Made by a program: the position numbers and the translations under genes
Assembly: GCA_903844895.1 (NCBI GenBank)
Contig: CAIMVM010000044.1
Coordinates: 347 to 64,346, forward strand
Direction: 5' to 3'
Length of the DNA: 64,000 nucleotides
Origin: an uncultured Pseudomonadota bacterium
Lineage (GTDB): Bacteria > Bdellovibrionota_B > Oligoflexia > Oligoflexales > CAIMVM01
Shown here: piece by piece, positions 18,283-26,652 of the stretch
Numbering within the stretch: position 1 is the stretch's first letter
Layout: every line of letters begins with the position of its first letter
The notes under the pieces: model-generated
What the model was told of the DNA's origin: nothing
Seen by the model: the letters and a program-made list of their open reading frames with translations, nothing else
The model's database searches: none

Positions 18283-19152
18283 GTGACCAAGCTTACAACA
18301 ATCGGCTCTAAAAGTTTAAGTAGTTTAACACCCCTCCAGCTATATCTACAGGAAATTTCTAAATACCCCCTTCTTGAACCAGAAGAAGAGTTAGAACTCG
18401 CCAAGAAGCATTTTGACGAAGGAGATGTGGCAGCTGCGCATCGCCTCATAACTTCGAACCTTCGCTTGGTCGTGAAGATTGCCAACGAGTTTCGCAAAGC
18501 TCAATCGAATCTTTTAGACTTGGTTCAAGAGGGCAATTATGGTCTGATGCAGGCGGTAAAAAAATATAACCCTTACAAAGGTGTAAGGCTTTCGTCTTAT
18601 GGCGCGTGGTGGATTAAAGCTTATATTTTAAAGTACTTACTGGATAACAATGGCCAGGTTAAAATTGCTACAACCGCCTCTCAGAGAAAGCTTTTCTATA
18701 ACCTACGAAAGGAAACAGAAAGACTCCTCTTAGAATATGAAAAAGTAGATTCAAAGCTTTTAGCCTCCAATCTTAATGTTCCAGAAAAAGACGTGATTGA
18801 AATGCAAAAACGGCTGGCGTCTCGAGATGTTTCTTTGGATATGCCCCTTGATGTGGATTCTAATAGCACACGAGCTGATTTGTTAGCAGATGACCAAGAG
18901 ACCATTGAAGATTACCTTGCTGATCAGCAAGTAAAAGTGCTTTTTTCGGGATATTTAGTCGAATTTAGAGATTCCCTTAAAGGTCGCGATCAAGAGCTCT
19001 TCGATCTGAGACTGACCTCCGAGGAGCCCTTAACCCTGCAAGACATTGGCACTAAATTTGGGATTACCCGAGAAAGAGCCCGCCAAATTGAGGCGAGAAT
19101 TATTGAAAAATTGAAGGCTTTTGTTAAAGAAAAAGGCACACTTGACGTTTGA
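18283..19152 (+). CDS. rpoH: RNA polymerase sigma-32-like factor
   Basis: LYLQEISKYPLL, NLRLVVKIA, DLVQEGNYGLM, RpoH box QRKLFYNLR, region 4 TRERARQIE. Confidence 0.88.
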   Translation: MTKLTTIGSKSLSSLTPLQLYLQEISKYPLLEPEEELELAKKHFDEGDVAAAHRLITSNLRLVVKIANEFRKAQSNLLDLVQEGNYGLMQAVKKYNPYKGVRLSSYGAWWIKAYILKYLLDNNGQVKIATTASQRKLFYNLRKETERLLLEYEKVDSKLLASNLNVPEKDVIEMQKRLASRDVSLDMPLDVDSNSTRADLLADDQETIEDYLADQQVKVLFSGYLVEFRDSLKGRDQELFDLRLTSEEPLTLQDIGTKFGITRERARQIEARIIEKLKAFVKEKGTLDV

Positions 19153-19207
19153 ATGGTCGAGGAATTGATCTTTCTTTCCCAAATTCTATCTCTCTAACGC
19201 GGCCTTT

Positions 19208-19303
19208 TTAAAGAGAGCGCCCTCCTAGCTTACAGGCCCTTCTAAATATGCTGACTATAGGATCTTGGGCCTGTTCCACTTGGCCTCGAGGGCGCCTCTT
19301 TAA
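19208..19303. other. Long imperfect intergenic hairpin between convergent rpoH and helicase genes
   Basis: Three nested 8-bp stems: TTAAAGAG/CTCTTTAA, GCGCCCTC/GAGGGCGC and ACAGGCCC/GGGCCTGT. Confidence 0.6.
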
Positions 19304-19339
19304 CTGACTAGAAACTGTAGGATCAAACTCAGTCGGGTA

Positions 19340-21409
19340 CTAAAGAGCGCCTTTTTGTAAAGACTCTTTTATGGCAGAAAGCCGACTTAAGGTTTTCGTT
19401 TTGCGGTCCGCTTCACCCTTGGTTTTGTCTTCTAATATTTGAACAAGCGAAGCTGAAATAACGCCGTTTTCAGGGAGTTCCGTTAAAAATCTCGAGGGAG
19501 TGCGAATCTCCTTTTGAAATCCGGTTTGTCGTAAATGAGCATAAGTCATTAATAGCTTTTCTTTCGCACGAGTCATCGCGACATAAAAGAGTCGTCTTTC
19601 CTCGGCAATGGACTCGAAGTTTAAAATAGAATTTTTGTGGGGAAGCAGCCCATCTTCTAGGCCACAAAGAAAGACTACAGGAAATTCGAGTCCTTTCGAG
19701 GCGTGAATCGTCATCAGGGACACATAATTCGACTGATGGCCCTCCGAGTCTTCTTTTTCATAAGTAGAGTCTTGCAGGGTGAGGCGGTCTAATAAACGAT
19801 GCCCGTTAATAACCCCTTCATCGGCGATCATGTCTTCTCCGGCCTTTTTTAGCCATTTAGGTAAAGAGCGGAGGTTTTCAAGTTTTTTAACTCGAACTTG
19901 GATGTTTTTAGACGAGTCTTTGATGTAGTCAACCAGTCGAAAGCTAGAATTGATGGCGTCGCCTAGGGCTTCTAAATCATCGGGAGTGTTTACGGGGAGC
20001 TGGCGTAATGTTTCCAGTGTGGAGACAAATTCGGAAATAGCTTGTGACTGGCGTTCAGATTCGGTCCCAGGTAAGTCTTTCATGATTTTGTAGGGAGACG
20101 TGTTGCCTGCTTTAGCATGAGACTCAATCCATTCTTGCGTCTTTAAACCAATTCCGCGGGGTGGGGTATTGATTACCCTCCACAGCGCAAGATGGTCTTC
20201 TGCACTTGCCATAAGGCGCAAGTATCCCATAAAGTCTTTGACTTCTTGACGCTCAAAAAAGCTTTGACCCCCAAAGGTTTTATAGGGAATAGAGGCCTCT
20301 CGCAGGGCTTTTTCCATAAGGTCAGCTTGGGCGTTGGCGCGGTATAGTATCGCGATATCCGCAGGTTTTTTGCCCTGACCCATCAAAGTAATGATCTTTT
20401 GAGCTGTCCAGCGCGCCTCATCAACGGCGTCCTCATGGGGCACCACATCTATAGGCAGACTGCCAGTCGAGGCAGACCAAAGGGTTTTATCCATCCGGCG
20501 TGAGTTGTTTTTGATGACCGAGTTCGCGGCATTCAAGATGACATTGGTACAGCGATAATTTTGTTCGAGCTTAATCATCTTGGTTCCTGGAAACACACTT
20601 TGAAACTTTTCCAGGGTTTCATACATAGCTCCTCGCCAAGAATAGATGGACTGATCGTCATCTCCCACGACGCAGACATTGTTACGCGGGTGGGACAAGG
20701 CCTCCAAGAGCTCGAATTGAGCAAAGTTGGTATCTTGAAACTCATCGACAAGTAGGTATTGGTATTTCTCAAGTAGTTTTAACCTAAAGTCTTCATGTTC
20801 CTTTAGTGCAAAAATGACTTTTAAAATGCAGTCGTCAAAGTCAATGGCGCGATTTAATTTGAGCTGTCTTTCATAAAGCTCGTAACAAACTCCAAGCAGA
20901 GCGGGATCTTCAATGGAGGCGCCCCGCGGCAGTTCGCCGCGTTTTACGGCATCCGGGCTTAAAAGCCAGTTTTTGCAGGCGCCAATTTGGGCCAAAATTT
21001 CATCGGGTTTGTAAAGGCCCGACCAACCTTTTTCATCTAAAGCGCGGCGCACAAGATCCAACTGGTCTCCGGTACCGACGAGAGTAAACCCCTTCTCGAG
21101 ACCCATTTTCTGGGGCCAGGTTCTCATAATATTGAGACAAAATGAGTGAAACGTCGAAATTGAGAGCTTTTTTGCGCGGGCGCTTCCAACCATAGGTCTG
21201 ATGCGCTCTTTCATTTCGCGAGCAGCTTTGTTTGTAAACGTCATTGCGGCTATGGTCTCAGGAGCAACGCCGGCATCAAGCATATAAGCAATCCGACAGG
21301 TGATGACCCGCGTTTTTCCTGTGCCAGCTCCTGCCAAAATCATGGTGGGGCCTTCAAAATGGGTCACTCCCAGTCGTTGCTCGGGATTTAAGGTGTCTAA
21401 ATCAACCAT
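19340..21409 (-). CDS. UvrD/Rep/PcrA family superfamily-1 DNA helicase
   Basis: LNPEQ, AGAGTGKT, TFTNKAA, VDEFQDTN, VGDDDQSIY, LEQNYR, TIHASKGLEF, EERRLFYVAMTRA. Start placed at ATG 21409. No long C-terminal extension is present, which is Rep-like. Confidence 0.93.
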   Translation of the reverse strand: MVDLDTLNPEQRLGVTHFEGPTMILAGAGTGKTRVITCRIAYMLDAGVAPETIAAMTFTNKAAREMKERIRPMVGSARAKKLSISTFHSFCLNIMRTWPQKMGLEKGFTLVGTGDQLDLVRRALDEKGWSGLYKPDEILAQIGACKNWLLSPDAVKRGELPRGASIEDPALLGVCYELYERQLKLNRAIDFDDCILKVIFALKEHEDFRLKLLEKYQYLLVDEFQDTNFAQFELLEALSHPRNNVCVVGDDDQSIYSWRGAMYETLEKFQSVFPGTKMIKLEQNYRCTNVILNAANSVIKNNSRRMDKTLWSASTGSLPIDVVPHEDAVDEARWTAQKIITLMGQGKKPADIAILYRANAQADLMEKALREASIPYKTFGGQSFFERQEVKDFMGYLRLMASAEDHLALWRVINTPPRGIGLKTQEWIESHAKAGNTSPYKIMKDLPGTESERQSQAISEFVSTLETLRQLPVNTPDDLEALGDAINSSFRLVDYIKDSSKNIQVRVKKLENLRSLPKWLKKAGEDMIADEGVINGHRLLDRLTLQDSTYEKEDSEGHQSNYVSLMTIHASKGLEFPVVFLCGLEDGLLPHKNSILNFESIAEERRLFYVAMTRAKEKLLMTYAHLRQTGFQKEIRTPSRFLTELPENGVISASLVQILEDKTKGEADRKTKTLSRLSAIKESLQKGAL

Positions 21410-21642
21410 TTTTTGTGTCCCATCTTGGATGGCGATCTTTCTATCATAGGAGAGCCTTGTTTTCAGCCAATAAAAGAAGCCTCTTAGCCGACCGGCCAAC
21501 AGGCCCTTCAAGGGTGGGATCTTAGATCCCATGTAACCCCCGAAGACCAAAACCGATTTGCCCGTAATTTAATCTATTTGACAAGTGATTGTGGAGGGAG
21601 ATATGACAGGCCTGCCCAAAAAAAGGGCAGGAGGATTTTTAA

Positions 21643-24600
21643 GTGAAACAAATGAAAAAGTATCTACTGCTAGCATCGTCCGTGGCCGCAGGTGCCTGCA
21701 CCAAGCCATCAAGCCTTGTTCCAAGTCTTGTGAGTGATCCGGCGGCTTTTTCCACCCGGGGGGCTCCGGCAGATGGAGTAATCAAAATTATCCAGCTTAA
21801 GTCTCCAGCCCTTATCGAAAGCGCAGATAGGAGAGAGGGCAAGTTGATCGTCTCGCAAAAAGCTAAGGATTTGATCTTAAAAGAACAAAAAGATGCGGAA
21901 AGGGAGCTTCTGGCTAAAATGCCAAATGCGCGCGTCCTTTTTCGTTATCGCATGAATTTCAACGGGTTAGCCGTCATGATTTCTAAGTCAGATGTGGAAA
22001 ATGTCGCCTCTCTCAAGGGGGTGAAGGCTATGCACTCGTCCTCACATGTTCCCCAGCCAGCGGCTCTCCAGAAAATGGAAGCTCAAAAAAATCTGCAAGC
22101 AGCCCTTGTGGAAGCGTCCTCTACGGGCTGGATTGGAGCTATCAAGCTAAACGAGAGAGGCATCACGGGAAAAGGCATTAAAATCGGCGTCCTAGATACC
22201 GGAATTGATTACACCCATAAGATGTTTGGCGGAAGTGGCCTTCCCTCGGACTACAGTGAAAATGATACATCAATTATTGAACCCGGGTCATTTCCCACAG
22301 CCAAAGTCCAGGGAGGCATTGATCTTTCGGGCGACAAATGGCTTAAGCAAGGAGATCTCGAGATTCCTCAACCAGACCCCGACCCATTGGATGCCGATGA
22401 GCATGGGACCCATGTGGCTGGCACAGCTGCTGGGGTGGGCGATGGCATTCATACCTACAATGGGGTGGCACCAGATGCGGCTCTCTATGCTATCAAGGTA
22501 TTTCCAAAAGGCGGCAGTACCACCGATGAAATCGTAATGGCTGCATTAGACTATGCAGTGGATCCCAATGGCGACTTAGACCCAAGCGATCGTCTCGATG
22601 TACTCAACCTATCTCTTGGCTCATCTTTTGGTATGCCAGTTGAAAGACCTTATCCAATTGCCCTAAAGACCTTAGAAAGGGCTGGAGTCGCAGTCGTGAT
22701 TTCTGCGGGCAATTCCGGAGATGTTCCCTTTATCGTCGGCGCCCCCTCGACTCTATATGAAGGGCAGCTAAGTATTGCTGCTTCTGTGGATAACGATGCG
22801 GTGAATTGGCAGTTTAGTGCCAGCTCGGTAGTTCTTAAGGGTGAAACTCTTTCCTTTGAATCCAAATGGGCACCAACCTGCGACAAACCCGAAGCTTTTT
22901 TAGGGGTGTCTGGAGACCTTGTTTACATTGGTCTTGCCGATAAAGATCTCACCCCCGAGGAGGAGGCCGCTCTCGCGGGCAAAATCGCCTTGATCGATCG
23001 CGGCGTGGTTACGTTTCAAGAAAAAGTCGACCGCGCTCTCAAAGCAAAAGCTAAAGGCGTGGTGATCGTGAATAAAAATGACAGTGAGCCTATCAGCCCC
23101 AGTATTTCTGATGTCGCTAAAGATGTTCCCATCGTGATGATTTCCCTTAAAAATGGTAATGCCATTAAAGAGGCCATGAATTCTCAAACCGTTACCTTTG
23201 AATTCAATAACGGCAAGAAGATCGAAAAGCCTGAGTTTATTGACCGCATTACAGGTTTCAGCTCTAGGGGACCACGTCTTGGCGATGGCCTTATCAAGCC
23301 ACAGATTTCCGCTCCAGGCCAAAACATTCTTTCAGCCGGTGCGGGTAAGGGTAGTGAGGGGATTCGCATGAGTGGAACCTCGATGGCGGCCCCTCATATG
23401 GCAGGTGTGATGGCATTGATGAAGCAAGTCCTACCGAATGCCAGCGTTTCTGAACTGAACACTCGCCTTATGAACAGCTCTAAAATTTTACAAGGAAAGT
23501 CTGGATTTGCAGATATTGCCACCCAAGGTGCCGGACGGGTTCAGGTGGACCTAGCTTTGGCGACCGAGGTGCTTATGACCCCTAATGCTCTCTCTTTAGG
23601 GTTTGTAGAAAAAGATGCATCTAGATCTCTGAATAAAAGAATTGTCGTGGAGAATAAGAGCTCCAAAGATAGAGTTTTTGCCATCAGTTCCCTTTCTAAA
23701 GACCTGATCAAAGTGAAAACGAAAAGCACCCTAATGGTTCCAGCCCACTCAAAGTCAGAACTTAATGTGGAATTTGAGTATCTTGGCAAAGAGTCAAGCG
23801 AAGTTGATGGGTTTATCATTGTAAGCGATGTCTCTGGTCAAAAATTAGCTTCGGTTCCTTTTCTTGGAATTATCAGAGATGACCAAGAGCTGACAGCTCG
23901 TTACAACCCGTTGCGTCGAGAAACTACAGTCACCAATCGTTCAGGCTCAGATATAGAAGTTCTCAAGGACTTTAAACTCATTGGCGCGAGTAACGTTTCA
24001 AAACAAAAACTGGACGTGGGCACACTTAATCCATGTGACCTTCGGTCAGCTGCAGCAAGAATCCTTGATCAAGACGACAAGAAGACGCTACAGGTCGCCG
24101 TTTCTGTGCAAGCCAAGCATGAAATCAATCGCCTGTGTGAACCATCTCTACAAATGGATCTTGATAACGATGGGAAGACAGATGTGGAAGCGGTACTTTC
24201 TTCCGATCTGTCCGCCCTAGTCAATGAACCGTCCCTAGAAAATGCGACCGGCACTGCCTTGATCGATTTTTCTAAGGCCCAAGAAATTGTCGCATTAAAC
24301 CAGGCAGAAGCAAAAAAGGACAAGCCAGAGATCAAGCCCTTTACGGAGGCAGTACTCGACATAACAGCGCAAAAGCTCAACAAAATGAGCACAGTCCAGG
24401 TTTTAAATATTCCTTTGGAGGCTTTGAATCAAGCACTTGGGAAAGACCTTTCGAGCTCGATCGGCGTCAAGATAGCGATGCAGTCTTTTGGCGATGAGTT
24501 TCTAAATGGGAACACGTGGCAGACTCTAGACCTGAATAAGCTATCTGTAACAAAACAACCTTTAGAAATCCTTAAAAATGGCGCGACACTTTCCCTTAAG

Positions 24601-24696
24601 AAGACGCCCCAGTCAGACGCCCTCTTTGTGCCAGGTTCAAAAATAGCGCGCGGCCTATTGGTTGAGGGAGGGGTAGAAACCATTTTGCTTAAATAA
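21643..24696 (+). CDS. Vpr-like S8 subtilisin-family protease with a PA domain, predicted lipoprotein
   Basis: Catalytic triad LDTGID / HGTHVAG / GTSMAAPH; PA insert GKIALIDRG; I9-like propeptide; lipobox VAAGAC; AGGAGG before GTG 21643. Confidence 0.92.
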   Translation: MKQMKKYLLLASSVAAGACTKPSSLVPSLVSDPAAFSTRGAPADGVIKIIQLKSPALIESADRREGKLIVSQKAKDLILKEQKDAERELLAKMPNARVLFRYRMNFNGLAVMISKSDVENVASLKGVKAMHSSSHVPQPAALQKMEAQKNLQAALVEASSTGWIGAIKLNERGITGKGIKIGVLDTGIDYTHKMFGGSGLPSDYSENDTSIIEPGSFPTAKVQGGIDLSGDKWLKQGDLEIPQPDPDPLDADEHGTHVAGTAAGVGDGIHTYNGVAPDAALYAIKVFPKGGSTTDEIVMAALDYAVDPNGDLDPSDRLDVLNLSLGSSFGMPVERPYPIALKTLERAGVAVVISAGNSGDVPFIVGAPSTLYEGQLSIAASVDNDAVNWQFSASSVVLKGETLSFESKWAPTCDKPEAFLGVSGDLVYIGLADKDLTPEEEAALAGKIALIDRGVVTFQEKVDRALKAKAKGVVIVNKNDSEPISPSISDVAKDVPIVMISLKNGNAIKEAMNSQTVTFEFNNGKKIEKPEFIDRITGFSSRGPRLGDGLIKPQISAPGQNILSAGAGKGSEGIRMSGTSMAAPHMAGVMALMKQVLPNASVSELNTRLMNSSKILQGKSGFADIATQGAGRVQVDLALATEVLMTPNALSLGFVEKDASRSLNKRIVVENKSSKDRVFAISSLSKDLIKVKTKSTLMVPAHSKSELNVEFEYLGKESSEVDGFIIVSDVSGQKLASVPFLGIIRDDQELTARYNPLRRETTVTNRSGSDIEVLKDFKLIGASNVSKQKLDVGTLNPCDLRSAAARILDQDDKKTLQVAVSVQAKHEINRLCEPSLQMDLDNDGKTDVEAVLSSDLSALVNEPSLENATGTALIDFSKAQEIVALNQAEAKKDKPEIKPFTEAVLDITAQKLNKMSTVQVLNIPLEALNQALGKDLSSSIGVKIAMQSFGDEFLNGNTWQTLDLNKLSVTKQPLEILKNGATLSLKKTPQSDALFVPGSKIARGLLVEGGVETILLK

Positions 24697-24721
24697 GTTT
24701 CCCATCTGAAGAATTTAAAAC

Positions 24722-24755
24722 ACCCGAACTCATGGTTAGAGTTCGGGTTTTTTTT
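24722..24755 (+). terminator. Rho-independent terminator, possibly bidirectional
   Basis: 10-bp stem ACCCGAACTC/GAGTTCGGGT followed by a T-run; an A-tract lies on the other side, between convergent genes. Confidence 0.85.
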
Positions 24756-24818
24756 GTGACAAATGTAGAGCGAGAAGGCTTTGTCACTACGAAAAGAAAA
24801 AAGCTCTTTAAAACTCTA

Positions 24819-25124
24819 TTAGGGAGCGCTTTTTAGAAAGTTGTAGTCTGCCACAAGGTCGGCATCGGAATATTGGGAAGTGGTGAATGTTTGCGGCATG
24901 CCTGAGGCGCCGTTTCTGATGGCACTAGTAAAGGCGTCCTGGCTCCCCGCATAGCTTTTTAAACTTTTAGCAGAACCGCCTGTCGCAGCCGAACCGTGAC
25001 AGGACGAGCAGTTGGTGCCGAATCCAGCGGAAAGACCCGCAGCGGCGGGAGTATTCTTGCTGTCACTTTTTCCACAGGATACTCCCCCTAAAATAAATGC
25101 AAGATACATTAGCTTTGAAATCAT
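24819..25124 (-). CDS. Small monoheme c-type cytochrome lipoprotein
   Basis: CSSCH heme motif, distal GASGMP, lipobox GGVSC; AGGAG RBS before ATG 25124. Confidence 0.85.
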   Translation of the reverse strand: MISKLMYLAFILGGVSCGKSDSKNTPAAAGLSAGFGTNCSSCHGSAATGGSAKSLKSYAGSQDAFTSAIRNGASGMPQTFTTSQYSDADLVADYNFLKSAP

Positions 25125-25277
25125 GGGAGTCTCCTGATTTTTAGTATATAGAGCCTGAGCGCCCACCGCCTTTGCCTTTGGTGAAAGTCTCTCACAGGAG
25201 AGCGTTGTTGCAAAGATACTGAGATTGGAGTATTTTGCCGGGTCTTTGAGAACATGATACATTTGTGAGGAAAAAAT

Positions 25278-25610
25278 ATGAGTTTTTCATTAGTTGGAAC
25301 GGCATTTGCTCAGGCGGCAGCGGCTCCCAAGGGACCAAGCATGATCGAACAGTTGGTGCTTCCGATTGGCCTTCTTGCCATAATGTGGTTTTTTGTCATT
25401 AGGCCCCAAAGCAAAAAAGTAAAAGAGCATCGCGAGTTTTTGAATGCGATGAAGCCAGGCGATGAAGTCGTTACGGCAGCTGGAATTATTGGAAAAGTGA
25501 AGACCATTCAAGACAATGTGGTTAGTATTGATGCCGGCGGGGCGAGCTTTCGTATCATTAGAGAGCAGATTTCTGGAGCCTTTGCAAAACCAGCACCAGA
25601 AAAGAAATAA
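25278..25610 (+). CDS. yajC: Preprotein translocase subunit YajC
   Basis: MWFFVIRPQSKK and MKPGDEVVTAAGIIGKV. Confidence 0.93.
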   Translation: MSFSLVGTAFAQAAAAPKGPSMIEQLVLPIGLLAIMWFFVIRPQSKKVKEHREFLNAMKPGDEVVTAAGIIGKVKTIQDNVVSIDAGGASFRIIREQISGAFAKPAPEKK

Positions 25611-25679
25611 TTCAATTACTAGCCCAAATGCCCCCAGCAAGGCTAGAATGAAACTCTGGAACCTTTCTGGAGTTTTATT

Positions 25680-26642
25680 ATGCTTAAGCAAAGTGCACTT
25701 GCTCTATGGGGACTTGGTGCTTTTTATTCAAACGCCCTCGCGGCCACGTCGCTAACCAAGAAAAGCCCTATTCCAGATGGCTTCGAGAGCGTGGGTGGCC
25801 ACGGTGAGGCCTTTTCCAATTCTGGAATGGCAGCACTTACTGATATCAGCGCTGTTCGTTTAAATCCCGCAATGATGACAGCCCTTACGGCTTATCAGGT
25901 TGGGGGCACCGTCCATTGGCCCAGTGCAGGAAGAAACTATTATCAACTTGGAGTTGTAGATCCTACGACGTCTCCTGGTTTTGCAGCGGGCGTGATGATG
26001 ACGACCAGCTCTGAGACACTTCCCCATCCTGAAAAAGATCAAAAAAACTTTTTAGAAGCAGTCCAATTTGATGACCCCGCGGAGAGGCGATTTACTATTG
26101 GACTCGCTCAGGCGTTTGCTAAAGTTTCTGTGGGACTCAGCTTTATTCATGCAGAGGGTTATGATCAAAACGACGGAAAATGGGAAAAGGTATCAGGAAA
26201 TGGATTAGGGGGAGGAGTTGCAGCGCTTTTAAGTACTTCGATTCGGGTCGGCGCCTCCGTCGAAAACATCAATGGAGAAAAAATTAAAAATCTTGCACCT
26301 AAAACCATTCGTTATGGAATTGCCGGTCTTTGGGGAGAAGGTGCTGTAACCACCCAAATCGACTATAAAGAACGTGAGCGCATTCAAGGCGAGGTTTTAT
26401 TAGGCATGACTTCGAAAGAGCGGTCTGTTACTGGCTCAGCTACCGCGACGGTGCAAAACACGCTACGTTTAATTGTGTCCTATGGGCAGACGATTGCGTC
26501 TGACGCGCCCATTAGTTTTGCTGCAGGGGGCGTTGCTATTGTAAACAATGGCTTTACTCTTGCTTACCACTCCTCAAGAAAAGATTTAACTAAATCCAAT
26601 TTGCACCAAGCCGTTTCCCTCGGACTTGATGTGCGCATGTGA
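25680..26642 (+). CDS. Putative outer-membrane beta-barrel protein (FadL/PorV-like N-terminus)
   Basis: Signal peptide; SVGG..A...AALTDISAVRLNPA resembles FadL/PorV starts; alternating amphipathic strands ending VSLGLDVRM. Confidence 0.55.
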   Translation: MLKQSALALWGLGAFYSNALAATSLTKKSPIPDGFESVGGHGEAFSNSGMAALTDISAVRLNPAMMTALTAYQVGGTVHWPSAGRNYYQLGVVDPTTSPGFAAGVMMTTSSETLPHPEKDQKNFLEAVQFDDPAERRFTIGLAQAFAKVSVGLSFIHAEGYDQNDGKWEKVSGNGLGGGVAALLSTSIRVGASVENINGEKIKNLAPKTIRYGIAGLWGEGAVTTQIDYKERERIQGEVLLGMTSKERSVTGSATATVQNTLRLIVSYGQTIASDAPISFAAGGVAIVNNGFTLAYHSSRKDLTKSNLHQAVSLGLDVRM

Positions 26643-26652
26643 AAGGTAGACT

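Noticed and set aside
19208-19303. SRP RNA or 6S RNA
   Set aside because: No SRP helix-8 (GGAA tetraloop/AGCAG) motif, and too short for a typical 6S RNA; kept only as an unassigned hairpin.
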